Assembly: GCF_001194135.2 (NCBI RefSeq)
Contig: NC_068982.1
Location: 75,983,214-76,047,213 of the forward strand
Length of the DNA stretch: 64,000 nucleotides
From: Octopus bimaculoides
Lineage: Eukaryota
Reading direction: 5' to 3'
The translations under genes and the position numbers were made by a program. Every line of letters begins with the position of its first letter. Position 1 is the first letter of the stretch. The notes below the pieces were generated by a model. It searched no databases. It had not been told where the DNA came from and was given only the letters and a program-made list of their open reading frames with translations. Positions 24,655 to 35,272 of this stretch are shown one piece after another.

Positions 24655-24754
24655 TGTGTATATACGTATTTCTATATATTTGTATGTATATATATGTATG
24701 TGTATATATGTATGTATATATATGTATATGTAAGTGTATATGTAAGTGTATGAT

Positions 24755-24790
24755 GGATACCGATATTTCGCCATTCTTGTGGCTTATCAA
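24755..24790 (-). ncRNA. Minimal hammerhead-like motif with U3-A8 variant core
   Basis: Minus strand: TTGATAA-GCCA-caagaa-TGGC-GAAA-TA-TC-GGTATCC. Stem II is perfect and stem III is the palindrome ATAT; stem I is not formed. Confidence 0.5.
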
Positions 24791-25820
24791 CATCACCTAC
24801 GTGAATCGAACCGAGGACGAATAAAGGAACAGAGGCTGCTGAAATAAGTGATAGAGCACGAGGAAGACCATATGTATAATTGCAAGAACCCAATTGTAGT
24901 GGCAGCGTCCAAATGGCGGGGTAGCGTTTGAGGATTGTAAACAAGATAGGAAAAGTCTTCAGACAACTTCGGTTTAGCATAGAGATGCCAGCATGGTGTG
25001 TGGTGAGGAAGGTACTATACTCCTTATTAGAAGAGAGGCTTTAGCGTAGAGGTGTAAAAAGATCAGGGGTTAACTTTAGATAGAGTTAGCTATAAAAATG
25101 CAAAAATAGTATTGAAAGTGTAAGTTCACTTGGAATGAATAAAATATTAAGTTATTACTAGAATCGAATAAGATGAAATATAACGGATTAAGATAAAATA
25201 AAATATAATAAAAGTAAAGTAAGTGAACAGATTAAATAAAGTAAGTAGATTAAAATGATTTAATTAGTATTTATAAGCTAGGTGAAGAGTGAAAATATAA
25301 GTAGTAAAGTGTTGTATAACGAGTTAAGACAGAAGGTAAATATACTAATTTAATTAAATAAGCTTATGCCATATCTCAACCATGCTTAAGTGAAAGTGTA
25401 AGAGAATTATACAGAGATACTTGACTTACTGTGACAAAATCGAAAGGTTTTAAAGAATTTATGAACACAAGAGGAGAGCACTTCATGTTGTTTGTCTAAT
25501 AATTATGTTGGATTATGTAATAGTATTTGTATAGATTCTTTCAAGCATAGCCAACACGGAGTATTTTAACCCTAGCATGGAGGCCCCAAATCAATAATGG
25601 ATCAAATCAATAATGAATCAAATCAATAATGGATCAATAGGTATGACCTATTGTTTCTCAAGGTTGTGCATGTGGTCGGCTAGAGAAGTAGATTTACTAT
25701 ATTTCTTAAATATTCAAATGTACTGAGTATCTTTGATTTGAATTAACGGTTGCACCAGTATAAATCTTGGTATATATATATATAAATGGAGTTAAACGCA
25801 GGTGTTATTCAAATTCTTTT

Positions 25821-26085
25821 ACTTCCGACACATGTTTCGAAGATATCACTGGTATTATTCCAAAGGAATAAAATAGTGTAAAACTGTTGCGTCGACGGCC
25901 CCAGACGATGAAGTAGGCTAGTCCAATACCTAGATATAGAGGGAGTAGTCTAGACAACGTGGTAGTTGAGTAGAGGTCATCCGAACGTGCGAAATAACAG
26001 TGGCGACGAGGATTTCGTAGCTCACACAACCAATGTGTAGTAGTGCGATATAACAAAAACAATGTAATCTTCTCTTCAGGGAAAT
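25821..26085 (-). ncRNA. Type I hammerhead ribozyme, intact core, ~222-nt insertion in loop II
   Basis: Minus strand: ATTTCC(26085-26080)-CTGAAGA(26079-26073)-GAAGAT(26072-26067)...ATCTTC(25844-25839)-GAAA(25838-25835)-CATGTG-TC(25828-25827)-GGAAGT(25826-25821). Stem I is 6 bp (one G.U), stem II 6 bp perfect, with a GUC triplet. Confidence 0.8.
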
Positions 26086-26429
26086 GAAGAAATGAAACTT
26101 GTCAATAAGACATTTTAACAGAATATTATGGATATGTATAGTGATCNNNNNNNNNNNNNNNNNNNNNNNNNNNNNNNNNNNACGTGGTAGTTGAGTAGAG
26201 GTCATCCGAACGTGCGAAATAACAGTGGCGACGAGGATTTCGTAGCTCACACAACCAATGTGTAGTAGTGCGATATAACAGTGGCGACGAAGATTTCGTA
26301 GTTCACACAGCCATTGTGTAGTATTGCGATATAACAAAAACAATGTAATCTTCTCTTCAGGGAAATGAAGAAATGAAACTTGTCAATAAGACATTTTAAC
26401 AGAATATTATGGATATGTATAGTGATCAA

Positions 26430-29220
26430 CTGAGCTTTATTAAGTTTGTTTAAAAAAGAAGCGTTAGAGGATATAACGTCAAAGGTAGCCTATAGAAAAA
26501 GGAGGGGTAAAGGAAAGAAAAAATCCAAATAAATGAGAAGTATGAAACGATATGTAAATTAAATAAAACCCTATAGTCTTGGAAAAAGATATATCTAGTG
26601 AATGTGAAATGTAAGAAGAATATTAATGTGTAAATTATATATAATGATGGATATCACTTATATGAACTAAAAGTGTGTTTCTGCCAATGTTTATATCGGT
26701 ATGCACGCTCTATAACCGTATTTACAAGGGGATTTTTAGAAAAAAGAATAAAAAATAGTTCAGAATTACAGAGAAGACAGAATTCCTTGCCTTTATCATA
26801 AGGTATCGAAATTGAGAGAATCAACCAATCTAAATTAAATTGTTTATTGTGGTCTTTTAGATACCAAATTAATTTACTAAGCCCTGTACTGTTACGTTTA
26901 TTCCTATCCCTAAATGTAGAATAATGATTAGAAATTCTTTTAGATAACCGAGAAGATGAACTGCTTATATAAAAAAATATTTTATTACCAGAAGTAATTT
27001 TACACTAGTATATAGAATTTTTAATTTTAGAGTTACTTGACATAAATTTGATTCTGTTGTAATTGACTTCAGATGCAATAACCTTGTTATTCATATTTCT
27101 AGGGGGATGGAAGGTATTAGCTAAATTAATGTTCGTATTAGTAAATGTATCCCTATTTAACAGGCTAATATTATGTGAGGAGATAATTTGTAAGAGATTT
27201 TTTGTGTTGGAAAAACCAATCCTAACTGTGTGTGAGTTGATAATAGAGTAATGCCTAGAATGCTTTGGAAAATTCCTAATAATAGCTTCACGAAACTTAC
27301 AAAGTTTAGTTAGTTTGGTCTAATACATAAGTGGTAATAGGTTGGTTCAATCATATTGAAAACAAGGACAAATATTAATTCTTGCAAGTTGATATTAATG
27401 ATTATTATTCCTCCATTAACCCAATTGCTCTTAATAAAGCAATTTTATTTGCCAAGAAAAACTCCACTAAAACAAATACTGACAATTACTATAACCATAA
27501 TTCTGATAAGAATAATACCATAAGGCAAATTATCCCTTTTGGAAAAAAAATAAAAACTAACTCAATTAAATCTTTGCGTGGATTAATAACTAAAAACTTT
27601 ACTAATAATAAATATTGTGAAATAATTAATAATAGGAAAATTAGAATAGAGTTCTCTTTATCGCATAATCTATTTCGAATTATATCCTCAATTAACTAGA
27701 TTATTTTTATGAGAATCGTAAAATAGACACTCTTTCATTGAATACACAACATGATAAATCAGCCATGACAAATGGTGATGATTTTAGTTCAAATAGTGAA
27801 TGAGAAACAGCTCACTAGAACTTCTTTGTTATAATCAATAGTAAAGCTGATGAAAATAAATTTTGTAATTGTAAGAATAAGCCCAACTGTAAATTTAGTA
27901 ATTTCTGTAAATGCAATAATCTGGTATATCAGACTATTGTTGAATCTGAAAGTAATAATTATTTTTATATTGGAGCAACTGGATGCTTTATAAAGAAAAG
28001 AATAGCTAACCGCGAAAGTAGTTTTAGGAACCGCCTAAAAATTAGCAATACAAGTCTTAGCAAGTTCATTTGGAGAATAAAGAACAGCAATAAGAGTTAT
28101 AATAAGAGTTATAAAATTAAATGGAAAATTATGACTCACGCTAAACCATATAGTATCAATGATAGGCGATGTGAACTTTGTGTAGAAGAAATTTAGCAAA
28201 TATCATCTTCCAGACATCAACTACTTAATTCTAGAAATGAAAAAGTTTATCCTGTGTACACGTTTCGAAGTATATTTTCTCTTAATATTGCTAGACTATA
28301 TATGAAATACATACAAAGTAATAAAGTACAAACATGTAATATGTAATTTTTGTATAAATGAAATTGTAATAATTAACATGATCAATTTAGCAATATAATT
28401 GCTATGTAAAGAGACAATCTTCGTTAGGAATAATCTTACTTTCAATAATACATAATCTGATGATGTAATACACTAAATCTATGTTGCTATGTAACACGCA
28501 ATTTTTCCCTTTCTGCATCATGAATTTATTAACAATAATATAACTCTTATTTTTAATAATCTTGATTTTTTTATTTTTGTTTAATACAAATTTTTTTTTT
28601 ATACGTATGCACACACATATATAACATATATATATAAACAAACACATATTCATACGCTACGCGTTAACGAGTATATATACAGATATATAAATAATACATA
28701 GTTTTAACGGCTATCCTCTTCAAATTAAACTACATATATACATAAAGAAATCAATCTGATTCGATAAGATTTTATAATAATAAATACATAGGCAGTAATA
28801 TACATTGATTAAGTAAACTAATAGAAATTTACATAGATAACGGTTTTAGATTTTTTATCTTACTTTATATTATATATTTATTATTATTTGTTCTTTTTAC
28901 TTTTTACCCTTATACTATATTTTTAAATTTTTTAATATCATTTTTTTTTTAGATTAGTAACATAGACATACAAACACTAAAAGTATACATTTCTTAATTT
29001 TCTTAGTCTATTGATAAAACCCAATCCATCAACATGTAACTCTTTCTATTGTACTCTAGCCCTGATGAGATTCTACCCAATATTACTCAAAATGGAATTT
29101 TATTCTAATCTTTGGATTTATTCCAATCTTTGAATTTGCAATTATATATTGGACTAAATTTAAACGAAAGTAGGCTTTATTTGGCAGTATGTTAATAAAT
29201 TAATTTTGTATCCTTACCAA
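26430..29220. mobile_element. Patchwork of Penelope-like element fragments in both orientations
   Basis: Plus strand: RT motif-A-like QVDINDYYSSINPIALNKAILFAKK (~27385), linker NNRKIRIEFSLSHNLFRIISSIN, and GIY-YIG CNCKNKPNC..CKCNNLVYQ..YIGATG..LSKFIWRIK..KWKI..AKPY..CELC (27861-28200). Minus strand: HTVRIGFSNTKNLLQIISSHN (~27130-27200). A weaker GIY-YIG tail KPYSLGKR lies near 26560. Confidence 0.8.
29058..29176 (+). ncRNA. Hammerhead-like motif with long branched stem II in a PLE 3' region
   Basis: AGCC-CTGATGA(29062-29068)-[97 nt containing nested pairs CCAATAT/ATATTGG, TCAAA/TTTGA, TGGAAT/ATTCCA]-GAAA(29166-29169)-G-TA-GGCT. Stem III is one nucleotide short. Confidence 0.55.
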
Positions 29221-30479
29221 CTTACCATTCTTCTTCTTTAATCACACACACATACATGTGTGCATATATATATATATATANNNNNNNNNNNNNNNNNNNN
29301 NNNNNNNNNNNNNNNNNNNNNNNNNNNNNNNNNNNNNNNNNNNNNNNNNNNNNNNNNNNNNNNNNNNNNNNNNNNNNNNNNNNNNNNNNNNNNNNNNNNN
29401 NNNNNNNNNNNNNNNNNNNNNNNNNNNNNNNNNNNNNNNNNNNNNNNNNNNNNNNNNNNNNNNNNNNNNNNNNNNNNNNNNNNNNNNNNNNNNNNNNNNN
29501 NNNNNNNNNNNNNNNNNNNNNNNNNNNNNNNNNNNNNNNNNNNNNNNNNNNNNNNNNNNNNNNNNNNNNNNNNNNNNNNNNNNNNNNNNNNNNNNNNNNN
29601 NNNNNNNNNNNNNNNNNNNNNNNNNNNNNNNNNNNNNNNNNNNNNNNNNNNNNNNNNNNNNNNNNNNNNNNNNNNNNNNNNNNNNNNNNNNNNNNNNNNN
29701 NNNNNNNNNNNTATATATATATATATATATATTCCAAGGGTTAATTGCGATCTGCTTAACAGAAACAGGTTGTTGCTGGGAGTTATACAACAGACAAAAC
29801 CTCACCTCATATAAAAAAAACAAAAAAAACAACAAAAGACGAAACAAAACAAAAGCAAACTAGACTCCACCCGCGGAAAATATGAAAAACAACACACACA
29901 CAAATACAAACAGAGGCACACACACACATACGAACATACACACAAATCCCTTTAAAGTCTTTCAGATCTGGGGGAAATATTATTGAACTTTCGAATCTCT
30001 TTGATCTTTCAAGTATAATTATCTAAAAATATTTATTGATTTTCTTATCTGTTTGATAAATCAGTTTATATGTTTAAACTTTTAAGGCTGTGCCTACTGA
30101 ATATGCCACACACAGACAGAAACACAACCTCTCTCTCTCTCTCTCTCTCATTGTATACATACGTATATACATTTATTCATACATACAAACATCTATGTAT
30201 GTATGTATGTATGTATGTATGTATGTATCTATCTATCTATCTATCTATAAAAGTGCTGACAGCCATCACTCACGATCGAGTATAGCTTGGTAACATGTAC
30301 AATGCTTCCTCAAATTTGTTTTAGGCGCCTGTATAGTCGCGAGCAGATACAATCCTCCTCTTGGCTTTCCCTTCTCTCACCCTCAACCCAATGTAACATT
30401 GGGGTTGCAACAGCTGAAAGGAGAAAGAAGGTCGCATTAGTGTATGTATGTATGTATGTATGTATGTATGTATGTATGT

Positions 30480-32140
30480 TCTCAACTGTTTTTTAAGTAT
30501 AAAATGTTTCTCTGAGGAAGGAGCTGCTTTCTAACAAAAATACAAAGCCCCATCGTTGAAATGTAGATAACAGAAAACAATGCTATATTCTAAACCTGAA
30601 AAAAGTCTTGCACATTTTTACTGTTCCACTTACAGATTGTATTTGTAATGTGCGAGTTAGTTGTTTGATTTCTTTTTCTGAAAACCCTTGCTTATCCAGA
30701 TTGTCACTTATGTATTTACCCACAAAACCAACTATTATTGGTAGAAATGTGAATTTATAATCTAGATATAGACGGCTGGAGCTTTCGAAGCAGTTGTCCG
30801 TAATTATCCTCTCTTTCTTAGATTTGACAGCTGATCTCCATGACGGTACACACTTTTTCTTGCCTGTCCCAAACAATGTCTGGCGTGTTGTTTACAATGA
30901 CAGATGTTTTGATTGGGATGTTCCACCAATATTCTTTGTGCTGGTGTTTGTGTATGAATTCAATAACAAGTGGATTTTCTATATTTATTCCAGAACAGTC
31001 TTTTTTCCGAATGGCATTGCATATTATTTTCGCGACAACATCATGTAGCAAAGGGAAGTAGTACCTTGATGACATTTTTGGACAGTTGTTAAGTACATGT
31101 ATGACGTCTTCTACAGAAATATGACGTAATCAACATTTTCACTTGCATCTTGGAGCCCCAAGGGCTTCACTGTCTCTTTTGCTCATTAGGTATTTAGTGG
31201 CAATCTCCTGTTCTTGGATTGCAAATGCATAACCGCAAATGCATACCCGAAGTGTGATGTAGCGGTCACGAGTCCACGACAGGCTTCGCTTCATGTCGAT
31301 ATTACTGTCTTCATCAAATCTTCAGGAAGCATACTCATGCATAGTCCCTTTTTTTTTGTATACTGAGTGTTTTACATCCAGGTCTTCTTTGAAGCATGTT
31401 AGTTCGGCTATTTTGGAGAGTGTATGTTGGGCAATCAGTAAGAAAGTGTTTCCTGAGGAGCTCGCTACTGACACGTAGAATATTGTTCTTTTCACTTTTC
31501 AGCACTGAGTTAATGTATCTATTTTTGCTGCTGTTTAACAAGTGCTGTCAAAAGGAGACTAAAATGTTTCTCTGTGCTGTTGAAGCCGACTAGATTATTG
31601 TCATTGTTGCGTTTTGCCAAGTTCACATCTGAATGATAAGGCCTACGCACAAGGGCGTCCAACCGTGACAATGTCTTCATTTTGTATAGCTTGGATTATA
31701 TTTTCCAATGTGCTTGTTTGTTAAGATGAGAGGGTTTTGAAGACGCTTGGTTATCATTTCTAGCGGATCGAGCGACCGTGTAGAGGCTCAAAGCAGGGTT
31801 TTATCTGAGGGAGATTTGGGTGTTATTTCTTATCGGCTGAGCTACCACATCCTCTACGTAGTTGCTTGGTCTGTTAGAGAGAATACAACCAAATCTTCCT
31901 AAAAAAAAAAAACACCCTGATGTCTCTATTAGATTTTGTCTTTTTTTATGATTTTTATTCATGGAGATAGCGCATGTCCATACCTTATCACACCATCGTA
32001 GCAGGCATTGGGGGTTTCTCTTCAAGCTATACTGTATTAACTTAAATGTATCTCAAATTTCAGATATCTCTCTCGCATTCTTTCCCTTGTATATCACTCA
32101 CCTATTTACTATTACTTGTAACAACACAGTCTTATACAGA
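30480..32140 (-). mobile_element. 5'-truncated, decayed R4/Dong-like non-LTR retrotransposon (restriction-like endonuclease)
   Basis: FAIQEQEIATKYL; degenerate CCHC knuckle KC*LRHISVEDVIHVLNNC; HDVVAKII; YWWNIPIKT..NNTPDIVWDRQEKVCTVMEISC (PD..E motif); FLPIIVG; LQIQSVSGTVKMCKTFF*. The 3' end abuts (CATA)n at 30441-30479. Confidence 0.85.
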
Positions 32141-33152
32141 TGATATCCCCTTTTATTTCTTCTTGTCCTTTCTCATCTTTACATTTAAATACAAGAACGG
32201 TAGTTCTTAGTGAAATATAAATGCCGGTTTCGTGTCTATAGTTGACGAAGCGTAACGACGCTGAAACACGTGGCCTGCAGTCTAATGACATCCTTCATGG
32301 CCCAGTAAATGTTTTTCACATATATTGTCTCTAAAGAGAACATCTCTCCAGAGATACTTTTTCCAGCGGAGGCCTTTCTGAGTTTGAGTGTACACGAACG
32401 TGTTAAATACAATTGTACACACCTGTAAAATTGTATAATGCAATAAAGTGTTTCGACTAGTTTCAAAATATTGTCTTGATTCAAATCGATAATACTTTCA
32501 GTTTTAAAATCACAAATTATTCCAACATTTTCAATATGTTTATACTTCCATGCTTGATTGAATTATTTCATTCATCGGAGTTGAATCCATTCAATCTCTG
32601 CCAAGAACCACGACAAGACGTGAACACGGCTTACCTTCTGGTCTTGTAAATCTTCGGAAAGTAAAGTTGATTATAGAGTTGGAAGAAAAAATGTTCTGAA
32701 TACTTTACATGAGATAAAGCAAGAAATGGAAATACGAACAATTACTTAGACGAAACAAATTAATAAGTAATGACGTTTCTCGAATTGTAATTTCATAAAG
32801 CAGACAAAATGTAATTAGGGTACTCCTCGGGGACATGTTTGGCTTTCTTTTCTGTAAAGTTTCATATAACGTCTCGCCACCTGTTCATGCTCAACATAGG
32901 AATTTGTCACGAACGAAAACCTACTTTTGCTAAAATACCGAGTAGGCTGGTTGGTTAGTATTCGCTGTGTGGTAGATGGTGGCATAATATTTTATTTAAC
33001 AGAATTCGCAATGATTTAAGCTGTGACGTTATTATTATAGCTTAAGAGTTGATGTTACCCATTGTAGTATGGCTTATTTTTACAAAAAGTAAAAGTAATA
33101 TAAAACACACACATACGCACGCACACACAGACACAGACACAGACACACACAG

Positions 33153-33183
<31 letters not shown>

Positions 33184-33348
33184 GTATTTGGCAATGTGCG
33201 GATGGCGAAAGGCTATGTTTACATAATTTTAGATAAATAAAGAATAAAAAAATTAATGGCGTATTCGCAGTATCAATGAATGTATTATTCACTGTTTCCT
33301 ATGTATTGGAGCCAACAGATTTCATTTAGACAGGCGACTTGAGAGTAT

Positions 33349-33391
33349 ATGTCACTGACAAGGCTGAAGAAGGTCGAAATGCATATGGCGT
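33349..33391 (+). ncRNA. Minimal type I hammerhead-like motif (G8 to A)
   Basis: ATGTCA-CTGACAA-GGCT-gaagaa-GGTC-GAAA-TGCA-TA-TGGCGT. Stem I is 6 bp (two G.U), stem II 4 bp, and stem III is the palindrome ATGCAT. Confidence 0.65.
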
Positions 33392-34965
33392 TCTCGCTAG
33401 CTTCTACTGATAGATGTGTTTTTAAACACAACACGTCTATAAAAGGTTTTTATCTCTGACGAAAACTGCAGTGTCTTACTTGTCTACTGTGTATGTACGT
33501 TAAGTATGATACATAGATAGCAATTTCACTTTGAATGTTGCAGGTTAAGGGCTTACGGTAAAACACGGACAGTTTCTAAATAGTTGGTTGTTACATCGTG
33601 GTATGGCTGATGGAACAAACAGAATATCCTCCCCTCCCTCCTCCTCCTCCACACCATCATCATCGGCTTAAAGTTCAGTAATCCATGCTTGCATGGGTCA
33701 GACGAAACTACGTCGGAGCAGAGTTTCTACCGCCCGTTTCCCTCCACCCCTGACACCAAACTACATCTGTTTTCAAGAATGTTATTTATCCCATAATCTG
33801 TCGTACAACGGACAGCGTGGACTTGTCAGGTGGAGAACTAGAAACAAATGACACTGTCTGAGTGAACATTTTGTCTACAAAGGTCGTATATCAAGACATG
33901 TCATGAAGCTCGGACACGCTTTCAAGCTGGACTACAAGGAAACGACACCGCCTGTATGGACGGCGGTTGTTGTTTACATTCAGAAAGCACAATGCAAAAA
34001 TGAGGGGAAAGACGAACTCACTCACACAAACACATTTATGAACATATATTCATAAACACACATATATATGTATGATTATATGACAGACTTCAGTTTCTGT
34101 CTACCAGTCGATTTATAAAGTATTGGTTATATAGAACACCATCCTACAAGGCCCATGCAGTGGGACTGAATCCTTAATCGCGTGGTTATGAAGCGAATTT
34201 TTTTAACCATGCAACCATGTAGAATAATATAACTCTGAGGTTCTGTATTGCCAGTGTCTGAAAATTCATTTCGAAAGTAATATTTTCTTGTGACTAATTT
34301 CAAAACCGTCATGCCGTCGCTCGATTTATAAGAGCTGAATTGCCTTTAAATCAATCTATATCTCCCGAATAAAAGGAACAAATGTATTGCAGTGTTGTAT
34401 ACTGTAACTGTGTGTCTCAAAAGAAGGAATGATAGTCACGCTTGGAATGCTGGCTGAACGATAGACAATGTGATACTGATTACACAGATCAACATATCGG
34501 ATATGTAAAGTCTTGAATTTTTTTTTAAAGCGAAGATATAAAGTGCCGCATTATACTTAAGGAGTCCGACTCATTTGTGTGAGATAAGTCTGCTCGAGGT
34601 CTAGACAATAAGAGTTTAAGTTATACATACATTTATACATACATATATGCATGCATGCATATTTTCTTATGTGCACAGGGCTTCGTAAAGACGGGTCTAC
34701 ATAAAATCCGTGAAATGCTTGGGTTCTCCAAAAAAGAACAGATGCAGTTGATCATAACTGCGAAAATTTGTAAAACATTTCAGAGATTTTCTTTTCCAGG
34801 TTCCTGGACGAACATCTGCAAATAATCATAAATACATATCAAATGCGCACGCTCTCTCACGTAAACAGTAAATGAGTACACACACACACACACACACTTG
34901 TGTAATAACGTGATACGCTCATCCACTACACAAATGCACGTTTATTCACACGCACTCGTACATAA

Positions 34966-35006
<41 letters not shown>

Positions 35007-35201
35007 GTGTGTGTATGGTTGAAATGTACAGAAAACAAAGGACAGAGACAGGTGAGGGAACAACAAGCAGGTTTGACGCTCAGGAAAATGGAAAAGTCTT
35101 TGATGTTTCAAGTGTATGATCTTCGACAGAAAGAGATAAGAGGAAAATATGGAGAGTGAGAGAGAGAGAAAGATAGAGGGAGAGAGAGAGAGAGAGAGAG
35201 A

Positions 35202-35272
<71 letters not shown>

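Noticed and set aside
26765-26820. Hammerhead-like CAGAGAA-gac...tatc-GAAA after a PLE tail
   Set aside because: Two core mismatches, no UH site and no stem I.
32236-32484. 82-aa minus-strand ORF faintly like a hAT transposase C-terminus
   Set aside because: No diagnostic motif (ERxFS) and no TIRs found.
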